Notes under the pieces: generated by a model
Told to the model about the DNA's origin: nothing
The model's database searches: none
What the model saw: the letters and a program-made list of their open reading frames with translations, nothing else
NCBI RefSeq assembly: GCF_009914755.1
Contig: NC_060927.1
Source of the DNA: the human T2T-CHM13v2.0 reference genome, Homo sapiens
DNA length: 64,000 nt
Strand: one strand, 5' to 3'
Shown here: piece after piece, positions 39,706 to 54,360 of the stretch
How positions within the stretch are numbered: the first letter of the stretch is position 1
How the letters are laid out: the number at the start of each line of letters is the position of its first letter
Program-made: the position numbers and the translations under genes

Positions 39706-41109
39706 AGAAGGTTGAATCATGGTGCATCCCCGAGAGCCTGGCCTGCTTAGCTCTGCTGACATCTTTCCACTTCATTAGCCTCTTTATCAAGTGACTCTGC
39801 ATAGGACTAAGTGTATTTTGGTGTCAGGGTACACTGCAGATGATTCAAAAACAGGGTGACCTTTTCCACTGATCCCCAGTGCCTTCTGGGACCACAGACA
39901 CTTACACCCCGCCTCCTGGGTCCTCTTAAAGGCTTGGCTTGCTCTTCACTCTTTCTAATCAAAACTCTGTCACCAAGAGGCCCGGAGGTGCCCTTACCCA
40001 GCAGCCCAGGAAGCCAGGACCCCAGCTGTCAGTGATGCACAGCACCCGAGCCAGGAGGAAGATTAATGACTTTACCCACAGAAAATGGATAAAACGGGCC
40101 CCAAAAAGACAATAAACGCAGGGCAGGCTGCGAGGAAGGCTCTGACAGTAACAAATACTGACTGACATCGCATTGTGTTCCCTTTCTAGATGACTCAGAG
40201 CTGCCAGTGGAAACATAGATTCATTTAATAAGCACTTCAGTGAGACAAAGGGACCTTTGGGGGTTAAGATTGATCTCCATCTCATGTGTGTGCACTCCAA
40301 CGTACGTGTGTGTGAGAAGGAATGTCCGTACTCAGTATTGTCCCTTTGGAAATCCAAGGAGCATGCTGCAATTTCCCAATCTCGTCTCCATGCTTCAGCA
40401 AATTTGTCACTGGTAGAGTATCTCAGCCATGAAAATTCTCCTGCAACCAAGAGCCCAGGGCTGAAAGAATCAGTTAGGAGACTTAAAACACCTTTGATAA
40501 GTTTGACCTCTCCTTCAGGAACCCTGTACAGGTCTATGTCCAGGGGAGGAACTTCCTTCTCCTCTTGTACACAGGCTGCAATGCTTTTTACCCTAGAAGC
40601 ATGCTGGGCCAAGTGGCAGACAAAGGAGATAGGAGCCAGGGAAATGAGACTGACAAGGAGTTTCTGGGAGAGCTGGGGCTGCCTTGGTTTTATTTTGTTT
40701 TCTTCCTTCCAAATTAATTCACAAATGCTGTGTTGCAGAGTCCAGGGAATCTGGTTCCCCTGTCCCAGTGCCAATACCAACAATTGTGTGATATTGAAGG
40801 TGTGACTTCCTCTCTCTGGGCCTCACGTTGCCCATCAGAGGAATTAGAGGGCTGGATTGGGTCATGGCTAAGATTCCTTCCAGGTCTCTCCAGAGCAGGG
40901 GTCAGCCCTAACTGCCTTGTCTCTTACACCCATACCCCAGTACTGCCTCCCTCCTAAATCTTTTTTTAAATCCCATTTACTCCACACTATACCCACCCTC
41001 AATGCCCTGGCTCTGAACCCGGTCAGAGCTTCATTATCTCCTGCTAGACTAGTACCATGACCTCCTACTGGACCCACAGAATTGCTCTCTTCCCATTCAT
41101 TCTGCAGAG

Positions 41110-41250
41110 CAGCAGTTCTGAAAGTGTGGCCCCAGGCCAGCAGCATCCGTATCACCTGGGAGCTTGTTAGAAACGCAAATTATTGGGCCCCACCCCAAAT
41201 CAAACATTTTGTGAGAGGGCCCAAAGATCTGATTCTCCCAGATCCTTAGT
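41110..41250. mobile_element. MER5A (hAT-Charlie), partial, amid L2 remnants (~41020-41595)
   Basis: CAGCAGTTCTGAAAGTGTGG...CAGCAGCATC...ATCACCTGGGAGCTTGTTAGAAACGCAAAT. Confidence 0.85.
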
Positions 41251-41599
41251 CTGGACTCCTCCGGGCCTCTCCAGGTCCCCATCTCACCACTCCCTTCCTT
41301 GGAAAATATTTACTCTCCAGTAACCCCAAACTTGTTATTTCCAAATACACCATGCTGTGTCATACCTCTGGCCCCACATAAGTCATTCCTTCTAGCTGGA
41401 ACAGTCCTATGACCAATCTTCACTTTGTAGGGCTAAGTGCTTCTCAACCCTGTCAACTGAATAACTTTTGACATCCTTCCAAAGGCACCCCTACAGATAA
41501 TAGCCCTCCAAAAAGACTTCCCTGGCTTCTCCCACCTCTAAAACTATGTACTCCTATGATTCCTTGTGTATGCCTCCAAAATAGCACATGCCACTTTGC

Positions 41600-43602
<2,003 letters not shown>

Positions 43603-43611
43603 TTACTGGGT

Positions 43612-43682
43612 GAATAGATAGATAGACAGGTGGATAGATGGATGGATGGATGGATGGATGGATGGATGGATGGATGGATGAA
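43612..43682. repeat. (GATA)/(GGAT)n microsatellite, probably grown from an L2 tail
   Basis: Directly visible; preceded by L2-like AGTAAATGCTTACTG. Confidence 0.92.
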
Positions 43683-43837
43683 TCATGGAGCATGTGATAC
43701 CATTGTTCCAGCAGTTGCTTTAAATATGGGGGGAAATGTAACATAAAAAGGGGATAGAGTATATAAATAAACAATAAAAACCAGGATGAGACAGTGATTT
43801 TTTTGTCCCATCATTGATTTTTGCAGCATAGAGGCCT

Positions 43838-44280
43838 TTTGCTGGTTAACACTGAGTGTCAACTTGATTGGATTGAAGGATACAAAGTAGTGATCCTAGG
43901 TGTGTCTGTGAGGGTGTTGCCAAAGGAGATTAACATTCGAATCAGTGGGTGGGAAAGGCAGACCCACCCTTAATCTGGGTGGGCACAATCTAATCAGCTG
44001 CCAGAGTGGCTACAATATAAGCAGGCAGAAAAATGTGAAAAGAGAGACTGGCCTAGCCTCCCAGCCTACACCTTTCTCCCGTGCCGGATGCTTCCTGTCC
44101 TCGAACATCAGACTCCAGGTTCTTCAGTTTTGGAGCTTTGACTGGCTCTCCTTGCTCCTCAGCCTGCAGACGGACTATTGTGGGATATTGTGATCATATG
44201 AGTTAGTACTTAATAAACTCCTCTTTATATATATGACTATTCCACCAGTTCTGTCCCTCTAGAGAACCCTGACTAATACA
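43838..44280 (+). mobile_element. MLT2A1 (HERV-L) solo LTR
   Basis: CTGAGTGTCAACTTGATTGGATTGAAGGATACAAAGT...CAGGCAGAAAAATGTGAAAAGAGAGACTGGCCTAGCC...GAACCCTGACTAATACA; perfect TSD GGCCT. Confidence 0.93.
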
Positions 44281-45199
44281 GGCCTCTTTATCTGTTAGGA
44301 GTTTGTCCTGCATTTATCTCTTACAGCTCAACATCTTATAGCATTAAGCTAAAGACACGTGCCCTTGTCAAGCAAGTGAGACCTGTTGCATATCACCAGG
44401 AGCGGCAGTATCAAAATGTCAACACACTGCATGGTTTGTAGATGTCAAGATTACCAAGAAAGACACAACTCCCAGAGGCACTGGTTGGAACAGCATCTTA
44501 GAGAAAAGACAGAGCAAGGTCAGCTTCAATAGTGACCATTGGTCTCCCATGGCCAGTAAGCCAGCACTGGAGCTGATGCAGGGAGATTGTCTGCATGCAC
44601 TCCTCTTGTATTAAAGGCAAAGGACTGTGTTGTGAACAGATATAGCAGTGGGATTGCCAGGTGTGGTGCCACATGATGCATATACTTAAGCAAAACAAAA
44701 AAGTTAATATCAAATCCAGAACAGGGAAAGATACTCCTAAACAGGGCAATCAGTCTAGCATAGGCTGTGACGGCTTTTTATCGCTATATAAGAAAATGTT
44801 CCAGGTCTGACGACACACTCATATGCAACCATGCAAGGATCAATGAGGCTGCATGTGACTGCCTTTTCCAGCCCCGATATGGACATCTATTATTGCTGTA
44901 TCTAACTCCTCCTTCTCTTTGAGTCAATGTTGCCCTGTGTGTAATGCTGGTAGGGTTCAGTACCCAGCCTCTTACCTCAGAAGTCCAAAGGTTGGGGGTT
45001 CTGCCTGTATGTATTCCCTGGAAATTCAGACAGATAGACCCCTTATCCAGAAGCTAGAGTGAGTGGTATGAAGACTCTGGGATAGTCAGGTTTATTCCTG
45101 GCAGCCATAATGGTATCTAATTCCTGGTGTCTAATGACAGGTCAAGCGCTACCCTAGAGAAGCAAAGGATGCTTCCTGGCCCAGTTGTCCTAAGAGGGT

Positions 45200-45960
45200 T
45201 CTTAACTCAAGCTCTCAATTTTTGTCCATATTTCGTACTGATTCTTCAGCATCTCATTGAATCACTGAAACCTCAATAGATTTCTTTTCTGCTTAAAATA
45301 CAAAGAGTTGGTTTCTGTTGTTTGCAACCAAGAACCCTGACTGATACATACTCTGATCATACTGAACTGACAGCCAAGTGTTTTTCCTACTTCTAAAAGT
45401 CTCCAGAGACTCTATAAGCGCCCTCAGTTACCTGTTGTACCAGTCAAGGTTCTTAGGTGTGGACAAAAGAACACTCCCTAGCTGATTTAAGAAGAAAATG
45501 AAATTATTAAAAAGTGTTGCTAGTTCTCTGGAGTGTCTCCGGGAAGCCCTACAGCCAGGAACAGTGGATCAATCACAGTATCCTCCAGATTTTTTTCATG
45601 GGGTCCCCATCAGCATCCCCACTGACACAGAAACCACAGGTCCCACCCACAGCACTGAGCACTGTGTGTTTCCACAATCAACTCTGTGATTGCTGCATCT
45701 AGATGCTAAATATCTATGTCCCTTCTCTCACCAGAATAAATTCCTCTGGACACCTGCTTCCTAGCATCACTGGCTTCCTAACTGAAGCCAGACACAGGTG
45801 CCTCTGGTCAGGAACTTAGGCTTGCATTCTATACAAGGGAAGCTTGGAAAGCCCATTTCTGGCTTTCTACTTGAGGCACAGACTCAGTAAATGAGAAATT
45901 CCCCAAACTTAGAAAGGGTGTACAAGAGTGCTGGGCACCCAAGTGGCTTGACTGATATCC
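45200..45960. mobile_element. Old MaLR (MLT1 J-O type) fragments: + strand 3' end to ~45348, minus-strand piece from ~45436
   Basis: GTTGGTTTCTGTTGTTTGCAACCAAGAACCCTGACTGATACA terminus, and the reverse TGTACCAGTCAAGGTTCTTAG. Confidence 0.55.
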
Positions 45961-46634
45961 TGTTCATTGCAAGTAGCTTGACATCTGTTACAGTGTGAGA
46001 AATGCCTGGCATCCAAGAAATCCTTCCTAGAAGCTAACAAAGCACCTGCCTTCTGCAGTGCTCCAATTTAACCAGTCCTCTGTGTGTCATCTTCAGTGAA
46101 ATCCTACAACAGCCTGCCACTGTCTTCCAAATGTTTGAACACTTACGTTCAATCCCCCTTAACTTTCATGTTATTCTGGTCAAGAAGCAAGAATATTTTC
46201 TCCTTCTCTTTTCCTTATGACTCCTTGGAGTTTTAGTTGCCTCTAAAGCCAGTCTCTCAACTATTCAGACCTCTCTTCAATTGCTCTAAAAGTCCCACTC
46301 TTGTACTGTTCTCTACCAAATTACATAACTGTTTTCATTTTCTCTCTTCATGCTATATCCCCAGTTCATATCCTTAACTACCTTCCCCAGTGAACAGCAT
46401 CCCACATTGCCCAGGCTTATCCAACTCTGGTAGGTCATGCTGCCTCATGGTCAAATCACAAAGAAATTTCACTGTGACCTGGCATTATAAGCTGTTCAGA
46501 GCTAAAAACACAGCAGCCCCTCCACCCCACTGCATAGCAATAGTACATAGCCAACTAAAAGGTCTCTGGAATAAGAGGGGCTCAGAGAGAATGAAAGTGG
46601 GCACACTACCGCCATAGAAGGAAACTGTCCTCCA

Positions 46635-46800
46635 AAGACTTACACTAGCTGCATGACCTCAGGAAAGATACTTTACCTCTCTGAGGTTCAGACTCCTCAT
46701 CTGAAATATTGAGATAATAATAATATTTGCCTCATAGAATTGTTGAGAGGGTTAAAGGACATGACGAATCTACATTGCATATGGTTAAGTGCTCACAGAT
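46635..46800 (+). mobile_element. MIR
   Basis: CTAGCTGCATGACCTC...ACCTCTCTGAG...CCTCATCTG...GCCTCATAGAATTGTTGAGAGG. Confidence 0.8.
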
Positions 46801-47720
46801 GGCACCTCATAGAGATGACTTGGAGACCCAAAGAGATCAAGGATATAAAAACACTGTAAACTAGACAAGCCCCACAAAATTTCAGGTTGTTATTAACATC
46901 ATTGCAATTAATATTATTTTATAAACTGAATAAAAATAAATGGTTACACCCTTGATAAATTAAATTCACTTTCTGGCAGGGTGCTAGTGTGTTTCCATAT
47001 TGCCCTAAAAAATGAGGAGTGAAAAAGCATCCAATATAGACAAGCCCGGAATGGTTGAGCTACAGAAACTCTCAGAGTTGGTTTTCAACTCTTGCAATTT
47101 ACAGAGGTAGGGACTGAGGGGATAATACCTTGCCCAAAATGGTCAGTGGCAGACCACAGATCAGTGCTCCCGCCCCTGTAAACATCACCTTGGCAGAACA
47201 AGGCTTTCACGCCGGCCTTCATGGACCAGATGGTGCCCTCCCGCACCCGCCCACACACCATAGCAAGGCTCCTAAAGGGGCACTCAATGTCCAAACCACC
47301 CAGAAAAGCAAGTCTTACAGAAGCCAGAGTTAGTGAATCCTTAAACATCATTTTAAGAGCAAGGAAATGTCCACACCAATAGTGCCTCCCGGACTCTAAG
47401 TCTAACCTGCCTTGTATTAATCTCTCTAAGAAAGGTGAAAATGGGAATAACAGTTTGAGAGTGAACTTTGGAACTGCTATTATCATCAACACCATACTGA
47501 GAACTAGCCTAACAGATCCCTAAGAGCCACGGTGAGAGTTTGTAAGAGGAGTGGGGATAAAGCAGAGTTAAATATACATTGACAAGAAGAGCAGAAAAAT
47601 CCTGCAAAGATCCTGATATGATAAGAGATTATTCCATATCAAAGTCCAGGGTGGGGGCCACAGGGGATGTATGAGGCTCCCTGGAGGGAAAAGTTTATGA
47701 GTTAAAGAGTGGGCTTAGCC

Positions 47721-48012
47721 AGCCGGGCATGGTGGCTCACGCCTGTAATCCCAGCACTTTGGGAGGCCGAGGCGGGCAGATCATGAGGTCAGGAGATAGA
47801 GACCATCCTGGCTAACATGGTGAAACCCCATCTCTACTAAAAAAATTACAAAAAATTAGCCAGGCCTGGTGGCAGGCACCTGTAGTCCCAGCTACTCGGG
47901 AGGCTGAGGCAGGAATGGCGTGAACCCTGGAAGCAGAGCTTGCAGTGAGCTGAGATCGCACCAGTGCACTCCAGCCTGGGGGACAGAGCCAGACTCCGTC
48001 TCAAAAAAAAAA
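47721..48012 (+). mobile_element. AluY
   Basis: Y diagnostics (GACCATCCTGGCTAAC, ATGGCGTGAACC, GAGCTTGCAGTG); TSD AAGAGTGGGC(T/A)TAGCC. Confidence 0.95.
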
Positions 48013-49140
48013 GAGTGGGCATAGCCTCCCTCCTTCCAGATTCAGCCCAGCAGCCCCTCCTCTGGAAATCTTCCTGGGGTCCCCAAGATTGAAGGAGACA
48101 TATGACCTCAAAGAGGTCATAGCATTTTGAGCCTCCCTGCCATGGTACTTCCATCTCACCAGCTGTGAGCTCTGGTAGTACAAAAGTAGGTCCAAAAGTA
48201 GGTCTTAATCGCTCACCAGCATGCAGCAGAGGACCTGGCAAAGTCTACCGGTTGGATCTATGAAGCGCACCTCAAGTTGAGGCAAGCTGCCTTAATACAT
48301 TTACAAGCCAGACTTGGAGTAAGTCCCTTTAAGCCAAAGCTATTTCTCCTGAGATCTGGAACTCTATTGATTCTCAAAATTCCTTTAAATTCATAGAAGT
48401 CAGATGGAATTGAGCAGCTGCAAGGAGATAATACAAGAAGAACCTCTCCGGCTAGCCCAGGAGTTCAACACCCAGGAGCTGCATCTTCAAAAATTCTGAA
48501 GAGGATGGACAGGAACATGGCAACTTGGGTGAAGAAGGGCTGGGGAGCTAATCATAGAGGTGGCTTTGCATAGCTGGCACTCAGTTTTAAATTGGATTAC
48601 ATGTTTCAGGCCGACTTTTTAAAAACAGAATTTTATTTAAATGCTTTTATTCATACTTTATATAAGAATAAGAAACTTTCAGTGGTCCCTATCAAAGAAT
48701 ATGTAAGTATACATAAAGAATGCATATGTTGGGGTTGGGGGAGTCTGAGAAGCCTCTGAAGTTAAAGGGAAGGCTGTGCCCTTGTGTTCCCACTACAGAC
48801 CTGCCAGTTTTGAGGACACCCAACCTGAGCCCAAGTGCATTTCTCCTGCTTGCTGCCTTTCTCTTGTGTCACAAAATGAATCTTCCAATTCTACCATGGA
48901 AATCCATGGCTTTCACCAAGAACTCACAGCAGGGCCCAAATGATGGAAAACTGAAGCAGAAAGAAAACACATCCCATCCAAATATAGGCCTTTATGTGGG
49001 CCTTACTGTCTGCAACACCAATTCAGAAAGCTGCTATCGATTTTCCATGGAAAAGCAGACTAAGGAACTGGAAAGCTCGTGGTGGAGTCAGGCCAGAGGG
49101 AAGCTAATATCTCATCTCTCTGTATTATCTTTTTCCACAG

Positions 49141-49236
49141 TTCAAAAATCAATTAGTGATGAATTTCTCTGGAAACTACTTAGACAATGTTATTTCATTA
49201 AAGATCTGTGCAAGCACCATCAGATTTGCTTTCCAG
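49141..49236 (+). other. Candidate exon (96 nt) of an unannotated or non-coding transcript
   Basis: Branch-like GCTAAT (49103), long pyrimidine tract ending TTTTTCCACAG|, moderate donor CAG|GTGTGA; next acceptor at 49366. Confidence 0.3.
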
Positions 49237-49627
49237 GTGTGAATTAGAAAATTAGCCTCATCCTTTTAATAATTTCCTCCTTGGTAACATTACATCACTC
49301 TACACAATGTCTAGTGCCAGCTGAGTTGGAGTTGATGGGAAGCACATAATTCTTTTTTCCTTCCAGTAATACAAATGAAAGCAGGGAGGATGGAAATTGT
49401 GGCACTTCCTGCAATGGGAGCAGGAGACAAAATAGAGGAAAATCCAGGAGAGACCAGGAAGAGGAACTTCAGAAGACACATCTGCAATGGCTACTGCCAG
49501 TAAATAACAAAGGAAAGGAGTAGAAGATGATCAGAAGATTACAGTGCCTATGAAAGGGGCTGAGAGAGGCTCAGGCCAGCCTGTTGCCACAGCAGTGTGC
49601 TGCCTCTGGGAGACTTTCTAGAGTTGC

Positions 49628-49944
49628 TTTTTTTTTTTTTTTTTTTTTTGAGACGGACTCTCTCTCTGTCGCCCAGGCTGGAGTGCAGTGGCTCACTCGG
49701 CTCACTGCAAGCTCTGCCTCCCGAGTTCACACCATTCTCTGGCCTCAGCCTCCTGAGTAGCTGGGACTACAGGCACCTGCCACCACGCCCTGCTAATTTT
49801 TTTTTTTTTTTTTTTTTTGTATTTTTAGTAGAGACAGGGTTTCACCGTGTCAGCCAGCATGGTCTTGATCTCCTGACCTCATGATCCACCCGCCTCAGCC
49901 TCCCAAAGTGCTGGGATTACAGGCATGAGCCACCACGCCCTGCC
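49628..49944 (-). mobile_element. AluY with expanded central A-tract
   Basis: CACTGCAAGCTC, TTCACACCATTCTC; perfect 17-bp TSD GAGACTTTCTAGAGTTG (49610-49626 / 49945-49961). Confidence 0.95.
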
Positions 49945-50729
49945 GAGACTTTCTAGAGTTGTATAGCCCCAGACCTAATCCCCTTGGTCAGCCTGTGCCA
50001 CAGGTAGTAGGCTACAGAGGCGTGTGCTGTTCTGTGAGTGAGGAGGGAAGTTACTGTGGTAGTCACAGTACCTGGCCTGGCACCGCAGCAAGCAACTGCT
50101 TTATTTCCTGCCTCCCTCAACAGAGGGAGATGAACCCTCATTAATTCAGACTAATTTGCTGGAAGGCCAACCTAATAGACAGTAGTAAGATGCTCTTAAA
50201 GGATTCCATTTTATCACTTTCATTTACACATAGTAAAAGGAACTAAGTCTGCCTTTGATGAATAGATAAAAATAATCAGGAGTTAGCTCATTAAAGCACA
50301 ATTTAAAAATAAATTAACTAACATTTTATCGATTGAATAAAATTATATTAAAGCTACACTGTGACAGGCAGAGAAAACAACCAGGTCGACATGCCTGTCC
50401 TCAAGGATCATGCAATCTGGGTAGAAGAGCCAGGTCAGGAAGAGGAAGTAAATGATTGCAACAGGGTAGAATTTATGTTATTAGAGGTCAGCTAAGAGAA
50501 GGGTAGTACAGTGAAGGGGTAAGGGGCACCTTATCCAGAAGGAGCAAGCTTAGCAGCCAGGGGAAACTTTTTTGAAGTGTTCCTGGGAATGGGTATTGAA
50601 GAACAATTAGAAGTTAACTAGGTTGGGAGGAGGTAAGGGGAAAGGGAGAGGTAATGGGGAAGGAGGGACGAGGACCACATGGCCATTCCAGGCATTCATG
50701 TAGTAGTGTATGGTTTGCAAATCACGTAG

Positions 50730-51050
50730 TTTACCCACGTTTCTCATTTTAACTTCATAACAGCCATGTGAGGAAGATGCTGTTATTTTATTCTATTGTA
50801 GATGAAAACAGAGCCCATGTGACTCCCCTACCTCAGCTGGTAAAGATAGGAGCCAAGGGATGGAATCAAGGCTCCTGGACCCTAAAACAGTACCCTGCTA
50901 GGAATCTAATAAAAACTACAGACTCCCTTCTCAGAAAAAAAAAAAATGCATATATGCTCACACACAGAATAACATTTCACATAGAAGTCAATATTCAGAA
51001 GCCCGGAAAAGTGGGATCAGCCCAAGGATTCTAGTTAAAATACCATCCTC
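50730..51050. mobile_element. MIR fragment (~50730-50890, minus) followed by a MER117-like Charlie fragment (~50895-51050)
   Basis: CATAACAGCCATGTGAGG...TGTAGATGAAAA, then GAATCTAATAAAAACTACAGACTCCCTTCTCAGAAAAA...ATGCA. Confidence 0.55.
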
Positions 51051-51787
51051 TGAACAGAGCTAGTGTGTACTTACACTGCAATCATCCTACATTGTAGACT
51101 TCTAGATTGCTCTAAGGATTCTATCTTTAATTGGGTAAATGGTCATTCCTCTTCTAAATCTGTTTACCCTAGTGCTAGTGAGCTTCATATCCAGGGATCA
51201 AGCATGGGTTGTTCAGCCCTACATCTGAGCAATCTCAGATTGTACACTAACTGTGTCTTGCCCAAAATGGTTTCTGTCTGCTGAGGCCCTGGGGATCCAG
51301 AGTTACAGGCTCACATTTTGCGGGGAGAGTCTGGGTGGGAGAGCAGGTAGGTAGTCAGGGTTGATGAGGCTGGGAAACTCAGCAGAGAAAAGCAGGCAGG
51401 CATCAGAGAAAAGAAATCCTCTGGTTCTTTCTCCCCATCTCCAGGTCTTACAATAGCATAAGCAGTTCCCAAGTTATTCTCCCAAGCTCTGAGGCTCTGC
51501 TAGGAATAATTCTCCCTGCCCCTGGCAGCAAACCCTCCTTTTCTCCAGACTGCAGGGTTGTGTCTTCCTGTTTACCCGCTATGCACAGTGTGGCTCAGTG
51601 CCTGGCCCACAGTAGGTGCTTAATAAATATGTATTGAAATGATGTATGGATATGCCATATCTGCCCATCACAGATTCAAGATCATCTCTGGAAGTTGCAA
51701 AGAAGAAAAGGAATTGAAAAACATCTCTCCTCCCCTTGCAGTTTTCACATCATCATAGCACATTTTCAGAGGTTTCTCTCCCTTACC

Positions 51788-51985
51788 TGGGTATCCACAG
51801 ACACGATGATCTCATAGGCTTGTTCATGCACCAGCTACCTTGCCGCAGGCCATCCCTCTGCCCACAGCTGGTGAGGTCTCTGTGGGTCACAACCAGGCTC
51901 CCAGGAGGCTGAAAGCCCCTCCTTGTGTCTCCTGGTTAGCAAGCAGCCAGCCTGCCCCGCCCACAGTCCTCCTCCCCTCCCATAA
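51788..51985 (-). promoter_or_regulatory. Candidate minus-strand promoter/first exon
   Basis: GC box CCCCGCCC (~51955) and CCCCTCCC upstream on the minus strand; consensus donor CAG|GTAAGG at 51788/51787. No CpG island. Confidence 0.3.
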
Positions 51986-52619
51986 GGATACCAACTGGGA
52001 AAATGCAGAATTTAAATGATCCCACAGGAAGAAAATCAACATCTCTTAGAGACCAAATTTTAGGACCAGAGTAGAAACTGAACATTCTGGAAGCGATAAT
52101 TGGTCTCATTTATCTAAATTTAGAAGGTCTAGAAAGGGAAAGAGTAACTATTAAGACATGTTATTTAGAAGAAGATAAGCCTTTAATCAAAGAGATGAGT
52201 CAAACCCAAACTCCAACCAAAATCCTGCTCAAGTCAGGGGTTTGAAATCTAAGTTCCTTTGGGGATAAAAGTCAGATTTTATTTAACTTGAAAATGAATA
52301 AGAACGTTTACAGAAAAAATAAACTCCACCAACAAAAATAGGTCAACTGATAACTAAAAAACACCAAAAGTCATTAGTTGCAAATCAGAAATATTTTGAA
52401 CAAAAACGATGCCAATGAGCTGAGAGACAGCTGAGCTCTTTGAGTTCACGGTGCTTTGAAATCACCTAGGACACGGGAGCAGATCTGGTGAATAGGCGCC
52501 CACTGTCTTGCACTCTGATATCAGCCCCATCCTAGGTATCCCCGGATGGCCTGGATCATGCAGCTTATCCTCCCCAGCCTCAGTCTCCTGAACAGCAAAG
52601 TGGGATTGAAAACTCCTCA

Positions 52620-53110
52620 CTTCTTTCATCTTCAGTTCAGTTTCCTTTAACAAACCTTTCCTGAATGCCTGCCCTGTGCCTGGGGCTGTCCTAGGTAATG
52701 TCAATACAAAAATGAATAAGACATTGTCCCTGTCATTCTGGAAACCCACTAGCAATGTGTAAGGGTGATGGTAGAGAGCTGTCCAGGGTCCTAAAGCCTG
52801 GGGCTTGGGGGAAGTGGCACCTAGGATACATCTAAGGCTAAGTGGGAGCTTGCAGGTGAAGAAGGGAGGACATTCCACGCAGAAGGAACCTTGAGGGAAG
52901 CACAGAGAAGCAGGAGGTCATCTAGTGTGACGGAGGAGCACAGGGGATTGGGTCCTGTCAGAGCCCAAGAGCAGGAGAGGCAGGACGGGGCAGCCCATGA
53001 GGCTTCACAGCTGGGGAGGCCCCAGGCTGGAAGTTGTGAGAGCTGAGTTAAGCACTTCATTGCTATCCTGTGGGTGAAGAAGCGCCATCTTAGGGTTTCC
53101 AATATAAAAA
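52620..53110 (-). mobile_element. L2 fragment
   Basis: TTTAACAAAC...CTGAATGCCTGCCCTGTGCC...AATGAATAAGACATTGTCCCTG. Confidence 0.7.
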
Positions 53111-53631
53111 TGACAGCTGTTTTGGCATTTTGGAACAATCCTTTTTCAACAAAAAGGTATTAGGAAGACAAAATAAAATACCAAAGAGAAAAAGAGCAAA
53201 TGTAAAAACAATAAAAAGCCATCATGAAATTGACTGCATAAGTGACTTCACTTAAGAATAAGGATCCCTGTTAAGAGTGGCCCCAGCCAGCCGGTGTGCT
53301 ATAGGCCTGAACTCAGGAAGAAGCTGAGGTCCTCTCAGCACCCGTCTCGGTGGGTTGACGTCTGTCCTCAGCCTGACTTGCAGCCCTTGCAGGCTCCTGC
53401 TGAGATTTCCTTTACTGGGTCTGTAAGCTATCTCTGGTCTGATGCATGCACCTTCATACCAAGTGGACCCTTTGGTAATCTGTACCTGGTACAGTCCACT
53501 GGGTGAACTCAGTGCTCTCCATCAATGCTTTGCTGATCTTCATAAAGTCCGAAAGGTAACATCCCTCGAGTCTTGTTAAAGACGCCTGAACTGGGAGGGT
53601 CCCAGGTACTTATAAAAAGTCCAGATTCAAA

Positions 53632-54035
<404 letters not shown>

Positions 54036-54149
54036 TCATTATTTCTAACTGTTGAGCTTCTGGAAATTCTACATCTTTCCAGATAAAAGATTTAGAGCTA
54101 AAAATGATAAATCAGTCACAAAAAAATAGCCTTCAAATGCTATAAAATC

Positions 54150-54360
54150 TCTCTTGGTGTCTCTATCTATCTTTATTTTCCTTCATAATACTTATCACAG
54201 TCTGATGATATATACCTGTATGTTTGTTGATTGTCTCTTTCTCAAAACTGTATAAGAAGAAAAAGATTCTGTCTATTTATTGCAATACCCTCAGAGCCTA
54301 GAACAGTATCTGGTCAAAGTAAAGTCTCAATAAATACATGTGGAATAAATAAATGAGTGA
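54150..54360 (+). mobile_element. L2 3' end
   Basis: CTTATCAC...TTGTTGATTGTCTC...GCCTAGAACAGTATCTGG...CTCAATAAATAC. Confidence 0.75.

Noticed and set aside
48181-48204. Duplicated AAAGTAGGTC as a ROR/Rev-erb response element
   Set aside because: Both copies lack the final A of AGGTCA.
48720-49247. 175-aa ATG-initiated ORF
   Set aside because: No recognisable domain or coding-like composition; length is within chance range for 64 kb.
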